From the NCBI GenBank assembly GCA_052389535.1, contig JBQTHU010000061.1, positions 82,537-146,536 of the forward strand: a DNA stretch of 64,000 nt. The letters are read 5' to 3'. The stretch is from Betaproteobacteria bacterium. GTDB lineage: Bacteria > Pseudomonadota > Gammaproteobacteria > Burkholderiales > SG8-41. The stretch's first letter is position 1. Each line of letters starts with the position of its first letter. The notes below the pieces were generated by a model. The model searched no databases and had not been told where the DNA came from. It was given only the letters and a program-made list of their open reading frames with translations. Both the position numbers and the translations under genes were made by a program. Below, piece after piece: positions 13,748-23,991 of the stretch.

Positions 13748-14682
13748 CGCCCACGAGGCGCATCGAGGTCGCCGCCGCGGTCGTGCTGCGCGAAGACGGC
13801 CGGTTCCTGCTCGCGCAGCGTCCGCCCGGCAAGCCCTACGCGGGCTATTGGGAGTTTCCAGGTGGCAAGGTCGAAGACGGCGAGTCTGCCGACGCTGCGC
13901 TGAGCCGCGAGCTGCACGAGGAACTCGGCATCGAGGTCGAGCAGGCCTACCCTTGGATCACCCGCGACTATGACTATCCGCACGCCGCCGTACGGCTGCG
14001 CTTCTTTCGCGTCGCGGCGTGGCGCGGCACTTTGCACGGCAGGGAATCGCAGCAGTTCGCGTGGCAGTTCCCGCAGTTCCTCACTGTTTCACCACTGCTG
14101 CCTGCGAACGGCCCGATCTTGCGGGCGCTTGCTCTACCGCACGTCTACGGCATCACCAACGCTGCGGCGCTGGGCGCAAGCGCTTTTCTGGAGCACGCCG
14201 AGCGCGCACTTGCTGCCGGCTTGAGGCTGATCCAGTTCCGGGAAAAAGGACTCGATGAAGCGGCGCAGCGTGACCTCGCCATGCGCCTCATCAGGCTCGC
14301 CCGCCGTTTCAGCGCGCGCGTCCTCCTCAACGGCACTCCGGAATTAGCGCGCGAGCTGCGGGCTGACGGTGTGCACCTCGATTCCCGTTCGCTGCTCAGC
14401 GCGACGTCGCGTCCGGATTTCGAGTTGGTCGGCGCATCCTGCCACGATGAATTCGAGCTGCAGCGTGCGGAGAAGCTGGGCGCCGATTTTGCGGTTCTGG
14501 GGCCGGTGCTGGCCACGCCCAGCCACCCGGGCGTTCCGACGCTCGGCTGGGAGAAGCTCACAGTGCTGGTCCGCAACCGTCCGCTGCCGGTGTTCGCTCT
14601 GGGCGGCATGCGCCCATGCGACCTGCTGCGCGCCTGGAGCGCCGGCGCTCACGGCATCAGCATGCTGCGCGGCGCTTGGTAG
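13744..14682 (+). CDS. Nudix (MutT-like) hydrolase fused to a thiamine-phosphate-synthase-like (TenI) domain
   Basis: WEFPGGKVE...RELHEELG Nudix box; C-terminal GASCH, TPSHPG, ALGG. Confidence 0.92.
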   Translation: MTPTRRIEVAAAVVLREDGRFLLAQRPPGKPYAGYWEFPGGKVEDGESADAALSRELHEELGIEVEQAYPWITRDYDYPHAAVRLRFFRVAAWRGTLHGRESQQFAWQFPQFLTVSPLLPANGPILRALALPHVYGITNAAALGASAFLEHAERALAAGLRLIQFREKGLDEAAQRDLAMRLIRLARRFSARVLLNGTPELARELRADGVHLDSRSLLSATSRPDFELVGASCHDEFELQRAEKLGADFAVLGPVLATPSHPGVPTLGWEKLTVLVRNRPLPVFALGGMRPCDLLRAWSAGAHGISMLRGAW

Positions 14683-14687
14683 GCGCT

Positions 14688-14891
14688 TCAGGGTTCCTCT
14701 CGAGGCTCGCCCGATTCCGGTTCATCCTTGTTCTCCGCGACCGGCACACGGTACGACTCGCTCGCCCAAGCCCCGAGATCCATCATCTTGCAGCGCTCGG
14801 AGCAGAACGGCCGGTAAGGATGGGTCCTCTCCCAGGCAACCGTTTTCCCGCACTGCGGGCAGCTTACCATCCGCGGCTTGCGATGCATCAC
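14688..14891 (-). CDS. yacG: DNA gyrase inhibitor YacG
   Basis: CPQCG...[15 protein letters not shown]. Confidence 0.95.
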   Translation of the reverse strand: MMHRKPRMVSCPQCGKTVAWERTHPYRPFCSERCKMMDLGAWASESYRVPVAENKDEPESGEPREEP

Positions 14892-14894
14892 GAC

Positions 14895-15650
14895 CTACAG
14901 CGTGCAGAACGTCAGCTCGAATTCGACGTCGGTTTCCGCGGCCCGCGGCCGTTGCACGCCTTCCTGAGTGGTGAACCGGATGTTGAGCGCGTACTTGTTG
15001 GCGCTGATTTCGGGCACGCAGTGATATTCGCGCGACAGCGCGATACGCAGCATCTGCGCAACGCGACCTGCCATCATCTGCTGGTACACACCCTGATATG
15101 CCACCTGCGATGAGGTCTTCCCCGATTCGCGCAGCAGCCGCAGCACGATCGCGATGCCGTCGCGTATGCAAAGGAACGGCGTGAGCCACTGCTGCAGGTC
15201 GCGCCGCCGCTGCTCGGTGCCCTGCTGCAGCCAGTAGTGGTACGAAGGCAGGTCGAACTCGCACACGCCGCCCGGGATGTTGGTTCGCTGCTTGATGCTC
15301 ATCAACCACTCGTTCTCGCGCAGTTCCTGACCCACTTTTCCCGAGGCCTGGAACAGGCGCGCCGACGACTGATCGATCTGCCACACCACGCTGTCGAGCG
15401 CGCTCTCCGATATGTCGGGATTGCCCCGCAACGACTCGAGCGTCTGCTTCTGGCGCTCCAGTTCCTGCAGCAGATCCGATTTCAAGTCCGCGCGGCTCGA
15501 CACTTCAAGGATCTCGAAGACGGACAGCAGCGCGATGTGGTGCTCGAGCGGTTCGTTCTTTGCGAGAAAATATTCGGCCCGCTCGTACAGGTCTTCCAGG
15601 CGCAGCAGGGTGCGTACGCGTTCGCTGAGAGGGTACTCGTAGCTGATCAC
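14895..15650 (-). CDS. zapD: Cell division protein ZapD
   Basis: YEYPLSERVRTLLRLE, PGGVCEFDLP, PEISANKY. Confidence 0.96.
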   Translation of the reverse strand: MISYEYPLSERVRTLLRLEDLYERAEYFLAKNEPLEHHIALLSVFEILEVSSRADLKSDLLQELERQKQTLESLRGNPDISESALDSVVWQIDQSSARLFQASGKVGQELRENEWLMSIKQRTNIPGGVCEFDLPSYHYWLQQGTEQRRRDLQQWLTPFLCIRDGIAIVLRLLRESGKTSSQVAYQGVYQQMMAGRVAQMLRIALSREYHCVPEISANKYALNIRFTTQEGVQRPRAAETDVEFELTFCTL

Positions 15651-15745
15651 GGCGCGCCCGGGACGTGGACGTAAAAATTGGGGCTAAGTATTCACCAAAC
15701 CCCGGGAAAAATAAAGGTTTTATTTCCCTTTCCTTAAGGGGCGCC

Positions 15746-16378
15746 TCAATTGCCGGCCGGTCGGCTGCGGTGCGCCGAGGCCAGAGCCAGGTATTGCTGG
15801 TGCAAGGCGACTGCACCGCGGCGCAACGATACGAGATCGGAATCGTTGACCAGGACGTCGTCCGCCGCCGCGAGCCGGGCGTCACGGGAAATCTGCGCGG
15901 CCATGACGGCCCGCACTTCCTCGGCAGTCATTCCGCTCCGCTTCGCCGTGCGTGCAATCTGCAGCGCTTCGTCGCAGTCGATCACCAGCACCCGCCTGAC
16001 CAGCGCCTTGTAGGCGCCGGTCTCGAGCAGCAGTGGGACGACCAGCACGACGTAGGGCGCGCGCGCACCCGCAACGCGCGCTTGCGCTTCCCTGCGTATC
16101 AACGGATGCAGGATGCTCTCGAGCTGCGCTTTCGCCTCGGGCCGGGCGAACACCAGCCGCCGCATCTTTCCACGGTCGAGCGCGCCGTTCTGCATGATGT
16201 AGTCCGCACCGAAGCGTGCTGCGATATCGGGCAGCGCAGCGCCGCCGCTTTGCGTAAGTTCGTGTGCTATCTCGTCGGTATCGATCACCGCGGCGCCCAG
16301 TTCGCGGAGAATCGTCGCCGCGCTCGACTTGCCGCAGCCGATACCCCCGGTCAAGCCGACGCAGAACGGCTCAGCCAT
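15746..16378 (-). CDS. coaE: Dephospho-CoA kinase
   Basis: GLTGGIGCGKS, LESILHPLI, VPLLLE. Confidence 0.96.
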   Translation of the reverse strand: MAEPFCVGLTGGIGCGKSSAATILRELGAAVIDTDEIAHELTQSGGAALPDIAARFGADYIMQNGALDRGKMRRLVFARPEAKAQLESILHPLIRREAQARVAGARAPYVVLVVPLLLETGAYKALVRRVLVIDCDEALQIARTAKRSGMTAEEVRAVMAAQISRDARLAAADDVLVNDSDLVSLRRGAVALHQQYLALASAHRSRPAGN

Positions 16379-17227
16379 TCAGAAGAGATCGAGGTAGCGC
16401 TCGTTGATCGCCGCGCCATGAAACAGCGCGACGATGGCGGCCACGGCAAGATAGGGCCCGAACGGAATCGGCATGCTGCGCTGATGGCGCGCGAGGACGA
16501 TAAGAAGGATACCGATCACCGCGCCGACGAAGGAAGACAGCAGGATCACCAAGGGCAGCACTTTCCAGCCGAGCCAGGCGCCGATGGCCGCGAGCAGCTT
16601 GAAGTCACCATACCCCATTCCTTCCTTGCCCGTCACCAGCTTGTAGAGCCAGAACACCGACCACAGCGTAACGTAGCCGGCTGCGGCGCCGACAACGGCA
16701 GAGTGCAGGTCCGTGAACACTGCGAAAACGTTGAACAGCAGGCCGGTCCACAGCAACAGCAGCGTAATGCTGTCGGGCAGGTAGAACGTGTCGAGATCGA
16801 TGAATGCGAGCGCAATCATCGCCCAGCAGAACAGCAATGCCCCGGCGGCGGCGGCACTGAAACCGAAGCGCCATGCCGCGTAGCCGCTCAGCAGCCCCAC
16901 CAGCGTTTCGACAACGGGATAGCGCGGGGAAATCCTCGCCCTGCACGAGGAACACCTGCCGCCCAGCGCGAGATAGCTTGCGACCGGGATATTCTCCAGC
17001 GCGCTGATGGCATGCCCGCACGCCGGGCAACGCGAGCGGGGCAGCAAGAGGTTGTAGGGCTCGGTTTTTTCGAGTCCCGTGCCGGTGAGTTCCGCGCACT
17101 CCGCGCGCCACTGCCGTTCCAGCATGCGCGGCAGGCGGTGAATCACCACGTTGAGAAAGCTGCCGACGCACAGACCCAGCACAACCGCGACGATGGCGAA
17201 GTAGACCGGGTCGACCAGGAAGCTCAA
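16379..17227 (-). CDS. pilD: Prepilin peptidase/N-methyltransferase
   Basis: GSFLNVVIHRLP, two CxxC pairs, GMGYGDFKL, IPFGPYLA. Confidence 0.96.
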   Translation of the reverse strand: MSFLVDPVYFAIVAVVLGLCVGSFLNVVIHRLPRMLERQWRAECAELTGTGLEKTEPYNLLLPRSRCPACGHAISALENIPVASYLALGGRCSSCRARISPRYPVVETLVGLLSGYAAWRFGFSAAAAGALLFCWAMIALAFIDLDTFYLPDSITLLLLWTGLLFNVFAVFTDLHSAVVGAAAGYVTLWSVFWLYKLVTGKEGMGYGDFKLLAAIGAWLGWKVLPLVILLSSFVGAVIGILLIVLARHQRSMPIPFGPYLAVAAIVALFHGAAINERYLDLF

Positions 17228-17314
17228 GCCAGGGTCCCCCGGGCGCTCATGCGCTGACGCAGGGCAGCGGAGAGAACGCCGCCCCGGTGCGCGAGCATGC
17301 GTCCCAATCGGCTG

Positions 17315-18544
17315 CTACACCACTGCGCCGAGCTTGAAGATCGGGAGATACATGGCGATCACCATGCCGCCGATCAGCGTGCCGAGGACCACCATGATCA
17401 TGGGTTCCATGAGGCTGGAGAGCGCCTCCACGGCGTCGTCCACTTCCTGCTCGAAGTAGTCGGCCACCTTGGACAGCATCGAATCGAGCGCGCCCGACTC
17501 TTCGCCGATCGCCACCATCTGGATCACCATGTTGGGAAACACATCGGTGCCCTGCATCGCGGAGGTCAGGCTCGAGCCGGTGGCGACTTCCGACTGGATC
17601 TTCTTCGTGGCGACAAAATACTCGTAATTGCCCGAAGCGCCTGCCACGGAATCGAGCGCTTCCACCAGCGGCACGCCGGCGGCGAACATCGTGGACAGCG
17701 TCCGCGTCCAGCGCGCGATGGACGACTTTCTCACCAGATCGCCAAAAACCGGAACCCGCAGCATCAGGCGATCCATGAAGATCTGCATCTTCTCCGAGCG
17801 CTTCCACGTCCAGAAGAACGCGTAACCGGCGCCGCCGATGCCGCCAAAGATCGCGTACCAGTACTGCACGAAGAAGTCGGAGACAGCCATTACAAACAAC
17901 GTTGGGCCGGGCAGGTCGGCGCCGAAGCTCGTGAACACCTGCTTGAATGCGGGAATCACGAAAATCATGATGATCGCCGTGATCACGAACGCCACGACGA
18001 CGATCGAAAGCGGATAAAACAGCGCCGCCTTGATCTTGCTCTTGATCGCGAGAATCTTTTCCTTGTACGACGCAAGACGATCGAGCAGGCTGTCGAGAAT
18101 ACCCGCCGCTTCGCCCGCTCCGATCAAGTTGCAGTACAGCGCGTCGAAATAGAGCGGGTGCTTCTCGAACGCCTGCTTGAGGCTCGAGCCGGTCTCCACT
18201 TCGGTCTTGATGTCCATGAGCAGGCGCGAGACGCGTGGATTGCTGTGGCCCTTGCCCACGATATCGAACGCCTGCAGGAGCGGCACGCCCGATTTCATCA
18301 TCGTCGCGAGCTGACGGGTGAAGAAGGTGATGTCCTTCTCGGTGATCGAGCTGCCGCCGCCCAGCTTCTGTTTCCTGACCTCGACGACCTTGATTCCTTG
18401 CCGGCGTAGCGTCGCGTTGACCTGCGCCTCGCCGCTGGCGCGCATCTCCCCGCGGACCGTTTTTCCGGTCTTGTCCTGTCCGACCCAGGTGAAATTGAAC
18501 TCCTTGACCTCGGGCTTTTTTACAGCCGCAGCTGCTGTCGCCAT
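17315..18544 (-). CDS. pilC: Type IV pilus platform protein (GspF family)
   Basis: FTRQLATMMKSGVPL, KIKAALFYP, IGEESG, MYLPIFKLG. Confidence 0.96.
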   Translation of the reverse strand: MATAAAAVKKPEVKEFNFTWVGQDKTGKTVRGEMRASGEAQVNATLRRQGIKVVEVRKQKLGGGSSITEKDITFFTRQLATMMKSGVPLLQAFDIVGKGHSNPRVSRLLMDIKTEVETGSSLKQAFEKHPLYFDALYCNLIGAGEAAGILDSLLDRLASYKEKILAIKSKIKAALFYPLSIVVVAFVITAIIMIFVIPAFKQVFTSFGADLPGPTLFVMAVSDFFVQYWYAIFGGIGGAGYAFFWTWKRSEKMQIFMDRLMLRVPVFGDLVRKSSIARWTRTLSTMFAAGVPLVEALDSVAGASGNYEYFVATKKIQSEVATGSSLTSAMQGTDVFPNMVIQMVAIGEESGALDSMLSKVADYFEQEVDDAVEALSSLMEPMIMVVLGTLIGGMVIAMYLPIFKLGAVV

Positions 18545-18647
18545 TACCAACCCCCCAATTTACCCGCTAACCCAACGGGTTACATAGGTTTATCAAGCAA
18601 ATGATGCGCGCCTGCCGCGCCTTTGTAAAGCCTAATTTGCCACAGAG

Positions 18648-19964
18648 TCATGCCCCCGTCGCCCCCGATTTTTCGGCGGCCGGCGCGAGCACCCGCACCG
18701 CCCTCACCACCCGGTCCTGCGTCTGGACGATTTCCAGATAATGCCCCGCGATCTTCAGGCTTGTATTCGGTTCCGGCATGTCGCGCAAGTGTTCCAGAAT
18801 GAGGCCGTTCAGCGTCTTGGGACCGTCCAGCGGAAACCGGAAGCCGAGCTTGCGGTTGAGCTCGCGCAGCAGCGCCCCACCCTCCACCAGATAGCTGCCG
18901 TCCGGCTGGCGTGCATAGCCTCGCGTCTGCAGCGGCGACTGGGTCGTGAACTCGCCTATGATCTCCTCGAGTATGTCCTCAAGCGTGACGAGGCCCATCA
19001 GCTCTCCGTACTCGTCGACCACCAGGCTCACGCGATCCTGCTGCTCCTGGAAGTTCTGCAGCTGCGAGAACAGCGCGGCGCCGGACGGGATGAAGTACGG
19101 CACGCGCACGATTTCGCGCAGCGTCTCCTTGCGCAGCTCGCCGCGCTGCATGAGATTGAGCGCATTTCTGACTCGCAGGGTGCCCACGACGTCGTCGAGA
19201 TGACCGTCGTATACCAGCAGCCGCCGGTGGTAGGCGGTCGTGATCTGCTGGATGAGTTCCTCCAGCGGCGCTTCGAGGTTGATCGCTTCGATCTGGCTGC
19301 GTGGAACCATCACGTCGTCCACCGTCACCGCCTCCAGATCGAACAGGTTCAGCAGTATGGACGTGTGCTTCTTGGGGAGCACGTTGGACGATTCGAGGAT
19401 GATCGTGCGTATTTCCTCGGCCGAGAGCGGCTGCGACCCGGAGTCATGATGACGTATGCCGAGCAGCCGCAGCAGCGGCTTCAACAGCGCGTCGGTCGAC
19501 GCCGACAGCAGGCGCACGAACGGCGAAGAGGCCGCGGCAAGCGAACGCATGGGCCACGCCACCAGCCGGGCAATGCCTTCGGCGTTGTGCTGTCCGAGAC
19601 GCTTGGGAACGAGTTCCCCGACCACGATGGAAAAATAGGTCACGGCGATCACCACTACCGCCGTCGCCGTAATGCTGCTCAGCCGCTGTTCGAGTCCCAG
19701 CGATTGAAACCAGGCCGACAAGGGAGGCGCGAACGCGGCCTCGCCGACGATGCCGTTCAGCAGGCCGATAGCCGTTATTCCGATCTGTATGGTCGACAGG
19801 AACCGCGTCGGCTCGCGGGTGAGCTCCACCGCCGTCGCGGCGAGCGCATCGCCCTGCTTGGCAAGCGCGTTCAGTCGCGGCATGCGGGCGGTGAGGAGCG
19901 CCACTTCCGACATCGCGAAAAGGCCGTTGACCAGTATGAGGCCAGCCAGAAGTCCGATTTCCAT
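18648..19964 (-). CDS. CNNM/HlyC/CorC family protein (DUF21 + CBS pair + CorC domain)
   Basis: FAMSE, GELVPKRL, VDDVMVPR, VVDEYG..GLVTLEDILEEIIGE, GPKTLNGLI. Confidence 0.93.
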   Translation of the reverse strand: MEIGLLAGLILVNGLFAMSEVALLTARMPRLNALAKQGDALAATAVELTREPTRFLSTIQIGITAIGLLNGIVGEAAFAPPLSAWFQSLGLEQRLSSITATAVVVIAVTYFSIVVGELVPKRLGQHNAEGIARLVAWPMRSLAAASSPFVRLLSASTDALLKPLLRLLGIRHHDSGSQPLSAEEIRTIILESSNVLPKKHTSILLNLFDLEAVTVDDVMVPRSQIEAINLEAPLEELIQQITTAYHRRLLVYDGHLDDVVGTLRVRNALNLMQRGELRKETLREIVRVPYFIPSGAALFSQLQNFQEQQDRVSLVVDEYGELMGLVTLEDILEEIIGEFTTQSPLQTRGYARQPDGSYLVEGGALLRELNRKLGFRFPLDGPKTLNGLILEHLRDMPEPNTSLKIAGHYLEIVQTQDRVVRAVRVLAPAAEKSGATGA

Positions 19965-20021
19965 GTTCACTCCGTCATGCCCGGCGGCACGATATGGATA
20001 CGATGCGAGAGGGTCTTCCGG

Positions 20022-20849
20022 TCAGGCGCGACCGAGCAGCACTTCGAGCACGAACTTGCTGCCGACATACGCGAGCACGAGCGTGAGAAATCCCGCCAGC
20101 GTCCAGCGCACGGCGACGCGTCCGCGCCAGCCGTAGAGGTGCCGGCCGGACAGCAGCGCCGCGAAAATGACCCACGACAGCACGCCGAACACCGTCTTGT
20201 GCGTGAACTGTGCGGGTTTGCCGAAGAGTTCCTCGGAATAGATCACGCCGCTCGCAAGCGTGAGCGTGAGCAATATGAAACCTGCCCATATCATCCGGAA
20301 CAGCATCGTTTCCATCGCGAGCAGGGGCGGAAGGCGTTGCAGGATCTGCGGCAGCGTCCCGTCGTGCAGCCGTCGCTCGAGCAGCGCCATCAGGAGCACG
20401 TGCAAAGAGGCGATGGTAAAAAAGCTGTAAGCCAGCATCGCGATGAGCAGGTGAAACTTGAAGGCGACGAGATCGGTGTTGGGCAGCGGTTTCACGGAAG
20501 GGAAAATCGCCGGCAGCAGAGCGGCGGCCGCGGCTGCGGGCATCACCAGCGCCTGCAGTCCCTCGAGCCGGTAGAAGAAGTTGCCGAGCCAGTAGATGAG
20601 CACCGTGAGCCACAGGATTGCGGAAACGGCGTCTCCGACGCCAAGATACAGTCCGGAACCGCCGAACATCGAGCGCGCGAGCAGCGCCGTGTGCAGTCCC
20701 AGCGGCACGAGCGTCGCGTAATGCTCCAGCGTTGTCGATGGGTGCGTGGTGGTCGATGTTCCGGCATGCAGCCAGCGCGTGCGCCAGAAGTGATAAGCGA
20801 GTCCCCCGTACAGCAGCGCGTTGACGAGGTAGGGTAGAATCCCCTCCAT
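20022..20849 (-). CDS. CcsA/YpjD-like inner membrane protein (cytochrome c assembly family)
   Basis: Multiple TM segments, LPPLLAMETML, HKTVF, GWRGR, LAYVGSKFVLE; divergent from ffh. Confidence 0.9.
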   Translation of the reverse strand: MEGILPYLVNALLYGGLAYHFWRTRWLHAGTSTTTHPSTTLEHYATLVPLGLHTALLARSMFGGSGLYLGVGDAVSAILWLTVLIYWLGNFFYRLEGLQALVMPAAAAAALLPAIFPSVKPLPNTDLVAFKFHLLIAMLAYSFFTIASLHVLLMALLERRLHDGTLPQILQRLPPLLAMETMLFRMIWAGFILLTLTLASGVIYSEELFGKPAQFTHKTVFGVLSWVIFAALLSGRHLYGWRGRVAVRWTLAGFLTLVLAYVGSKFVLEVLLGRA

Positions 20850-20876
20850 TCCCCCAGTTTACCTTATCGTCATCCC

Positions 20877-22229
20877 ATGTTCGACAATCTGACCCAGCGG
20901 CTTTCGCGCGCCATGAAGACGTTGCGCGGCGAGGCACGCATCACCGAGGCGAACGTGCAGGAGGCGCTGCGCGAAGTGCGCGTTGCGCTGCTGGAAGCCG
21001 ATGTCGCGCTGCCGGTGGTGCGGGATTTCATCTCGCGCGTGCGGGAGAAAGCGCTCGGGCAGGAGGTGATCGGAAGTCTTACGCCCGGGCAGGCCGTCGT
21101 CGGCGTGGTGCATGGCGAGCTGGTGCACTTGATGGGCGCGCGCAACGAAACGCTCGACCTCGCGACCAGGCCGCCGGGGGTGATCCTGATGGCAGGGCTC
21201 CAGGGCTCGGGTAAGACAACGACCAGCGGCAAGCTCGCCAAATGGCTGAAGGAGCAGCAACGAAAGAAAGTGCTGCTCGCAAGCTGCGACGTCTATCGCC
21301 CGGCGGCGATCGAACAACTTCGGACGCTTTCCGCGCAGGTTGGCGCAGATTTCTTTCCGGCGTCCGCCAGCGACAAGCCGGTTGAGATCGCGCACGCCGC
21401 GCTCGATCATGCGCGCACCCGCTATCACGACGTGCTGATCGTCGATACCGCGGGCCGTCTCGCGATCGACGAAGCGATGATGGCGGAAATACGCGCGCTG
21501 CATGGCGCCCTGAGCCCGGTCGAGACGCTGTTTGTCGTGGATGCAATGCAGGGGCAGGACGCTGTCAACACGGCAAAGGCGTTCGCCGATGCGCTGCCGC
21601 TCACGGGTACTGTCCTCACTAAACTCGACGGCGATGCGCGCGGTGGCGCGGCGCTTTCAGTTCGACACGTGACCGGGAAGCCGATCAAGTTCGTCGGCGT
21701 GGGGGAAAAGCTGGCCGGACTCGAGCCGTTTCACCCGGACCGCATCGCCTCGCGGATACTCGGCATGGGCGATGTGCTGACGCTCATAGAGGATGTGCAG
21801 AAGGGCGTCGATCGCGAGCAGGCCGAAAAGCTTGCGAAGAAGGTGAAATCGGGCAAGGGTTTCGATCTGGAGGATTTCAAGCAGCAGATCGTCCAGATGA
21901 AGAAAATGGGCGGACTCGCTGCGCTCGCCGACAAGCTTCCGGGGAATATCGCCCAGATGGCGCGGGGTGCGCCGCAAATGGACGAGAAAGTCATACGGCG
22001 CATCGAAGGCATCATCAACTCCATGACGCCGGTCGAGCGCAGCAAGCCGGAACTCATCAAGGCATCGCGCAAGCGCCGCATCGCCACCGGTGCCGGGGTA
22101 TCGGTTCAGGAGGTGAACCGCCTGCTCAGTCAGTTCGAGCAGACGCAGAAGATGATGAAGATTATGGCGAAGGGCGGACTTGCCAAGATGATGCGCTCGA
22201 TGAAAGGCGTGTTTCCCGGCATGCATTAG
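20877..22229 (+). CDS. ffh: Signal recognition particle protein
   Basis: GLQGSGKTT, DTAGR, TKLDGDARGG, Met-rich M domain. Confidence 0.99.
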   Translation: MFDNLTQRLSRAMKTLRGEARITEANVQEALREVRVALLEADVALPVVRDFISRVREKALGQEVIGSLTPGQAVVGVVHGELVHLMGARNETLDLATRPPGVILMAGLQGSGKTTTSGKLAKWLKEQQRKKVLLASCDVYRPAAIEQLRTLSAQVGADFFPASASDKPVEIAHAALDHARTRYHDVLIVDTAGRLAIDEAMMAEIRALHGALSPVETLFVVDAMQGQDAVNTAKAFADALPLTGTVLTKLDGDARGGAALSVRHVTGKPIKFVGVGEKLAGLEPFHPDRIASRILGMGDVLTLIEDVQKGVDREQAEKLAKKVKSGKGFDLEDFKQQIVQMKKMGGLAALADKLPGNIAQMARGAPQMDEKVIRRIEGIINSMTPVERSKPELIKASRKRRIATGAGVSVQEVNRLLSQFEQTQKMMKIMAKGGLAKMMRSMKGVFPGMH

Positions 22230-23062
22230 TCTAGGCGGAAGCGCTTCGACCGGATGAAATCGCCGAAATCCGCCCGCTCCGGCACTGCGTACTGGCGCGC
22301 CTTGTCCTCCGACCAGCCGTAGAACGCACTTTCTCCGTAGCGCCCGGCATGGCGTTGCCGTCGATAGGGCTGCAGCGCATGGCGGCGTCGGTCGTAAGCG
22401 TCGATCCTGCTCTCGAGCGCCGACTCGTCGTATCGGTCCACGTGCACGGTGACGTCCAGCGGAAGGCGCGCACTGACGCGCCGCGTTTCCGCGGGATAGC
22501 CGACAGTGAGGCCCGCGACCGGGAACACCCAATCGGGTAGCGCGAGCAGGCGGCTCACGTCGTGCGGGTGATTGCGTACAGCGCTGATCGGGCAGGCGCC
22601 AAGCCCCACCGCTTCGGCTGCGCGGATGAAGTTCATCATGACCAGCCCGGCGTCCACCGCGGCGTTCATGAAATGGTCGAGATGGTCGTTGGCGAACGGC
22701 TTGCCGCGCCACTCGCCGATCTGGCGCAGCCGCCGGTTATTGCCGCAGAAGACGAGAAACACCGGCGCGTCGTTGATCCAGGGCATATCGGGAATCAGAT
22801 CGGCCACCGCCTTGATCCGTGCCCGGTCGGCAACATGGATGATATCCGCCTGCTGCAGATCGCTTTTGGAAGGCGCGGAAAGCGCGCATGCAAAAAGCAC
22901 GCGCAACAATCCGGGCGCCACGGCCTGCGAACGGAACGTGCGATGCGAACAGTGGCCTGCGATGTGTGCGAGTTCCTCCACTCCCTGCAGCCCTTCCGGA
23001 ACGTCGAACGTTGCACCGAAACGCTCGGTCAGCGCCTCGGCGATGGTTTTTTGGGGGCTCAT
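22226..23062 (-). CDS. NfsA-like nitroreductase/flavin reductase
   Basis: HCSHRTF, SAPSKSDLQ, AAEAVGLGACPI, ARLP. Confidence 0.88.
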   Translation of the reverse strand: MSPQKTIAEALTERFGATFDVPEGLQGVEELAHIAGHCSHRTFRSQAVAPGLLRVLFACALSAPSKSDLQQADIIHVADRARIKAVADLIPDMPWINDAPVFLVFCGNNRRLRQIGEWRGKPFANDHLDHFMNAAVDAGLVMMNFIRAAEAVGLGACPISAVRNHPHDVSRLLALPDWVFPVAGLTVGYPAETRRVSARLPLDVTVHVDRYDESALESRIDAYDRRRHALQPYRRQRHAGRYGESAFYGWSEDKARQYAVPERADFGDFIRSKRFRLD

Positions 23063-23177
23063 GGGACCTCCATTCGCAAAAGGCCGCCATTGTGCCTCCC
23101 GCTTTCTGATGCGGCAACGCACAGCCTTTCCCGGGGCGGCCGGCCACGCAAGCGTCGCCCGAGCAGGCCGTCGCGCC

Positions 23178-23207
23178 TTGCGCCATGCGGAAAAACAGGC
23201 GTAAAAT
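23178..23207 (+). promoter_or_regulatory. Putative sigma70 promoter for rpsP operon
   Basis: TTGCGC-18 nt-TAAAAT. Confidence 0.5.
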
Positions 23208-23243
23208 CACGCCCTTTTCAAATACCGGACCGGCAGGTAACCA

Positions 23244-23498
23244 ATGGTTGTGATACGCCTCGCGCGCGGCGGCGCCAAGAAGCGTCCGTTTTTCAATCTC
23301 GTGGTCGCCGATTCGCGGCGTGCCCGGGACGGCCGCTTCGTGGAACGCATCGGTTTCTACAACCCCAAGGCGCCGGAGGGGCAGGAGCGGTTGCGCATCG
23401 ACCGCGAGCGTCTCGCATACTGGCGGTCGAAGGGGGCGCTGCTTTCGGACACGGCGGCGCGACTCGTCAAGCAGCTTGGCGAACAGAAGCCAGCCTGA
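23244..23498 (+). CDS. rpsP: 30S ribosomal protein S16
   Basis: [30 protein letters not shown]. Confidence 0.99.
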   Translation: MVVIRLARGGAKKRPFFNLVVADSRRARDGRFVERIGFYNPKAPEGQERLRIDRERLAYWRSKGALLSDTAARLVKQLGEQKPA

Positions 23499-23505
23499 GC
23501 GACAT

Positions 23506-23991
23506 GTGGTGATGGGGCGAATTGGCGCCCCGTTTGGCATCGCGGGCTGGATCAGGGTTCATACCTATACCGCGTCTGTCGAAAGCCTGCTTTCCTATAC
23601 GACGTGGTTCGTGGCGGGCGGGCCGCAGTGGCAGGCGCACGAAGTACAGGCCGCGCGCGTGAAAGGCCGTGCGCTGGTAGCGAAGCTGAAGGGCTGCGAG
23701 GATCGCGACACCGCAGCCCGGTTGCGGGGCCGCGAGGTCGCCGTCTTGCGCGGCGAGATGCCGCGTCCCGCGTCGAACGAATGGTACTGGGCCGACCTGA
23801 TCGGCCTCAAGGTCGTGAACGTTGCGGGAGTAGAGCTGGGGCGGCTGGCCCGAATCCTGGAGACCGGCTCGAACGACGTGCTGGTGGTGGAAGGCGAGCG
23901 CGAACGGCTGATTCCGTTCATCGAAGGGGTCGTCCGGGAGGTGGATCTGGCGGCCGGTGTGATGCGCCTCGATTGGCGAGCGGATTACTGA
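23506..23991 (+). CDS. rimM: Ribosome maturation factor RimM (start approximate)
   Basis: [31 protein letters not shown]; operon position. Confidence 0.95.
   Translation: MVMGRIGAPFGIAGWIRVHTYTASVESLLSYTTWFVAGGPQWQAHEVQAARVKGRALVAKLKGCEDRDTAARLRGREVAVLRGEMPRPASNEWYWADLIGLKVVNVAGVELGRLARILETGSNDVLVVEGERERLIPFIEGVVREVDLAAGVMRLDWRADY

Noticed and set aside
18545..18647. Sigma54 promoter for pilC
   Set aside because: TGGCA is present on the minus strand but no GC at the required -12 spacing
18741..20837. 698-aa plus-strand ORF and similar long antisense ORFs (e.g. 15665-17257, 34278-36110, 42451-44283, 61045-62511)
   Set aside because: Shadow frames of well-supported genes in high-GC DNA
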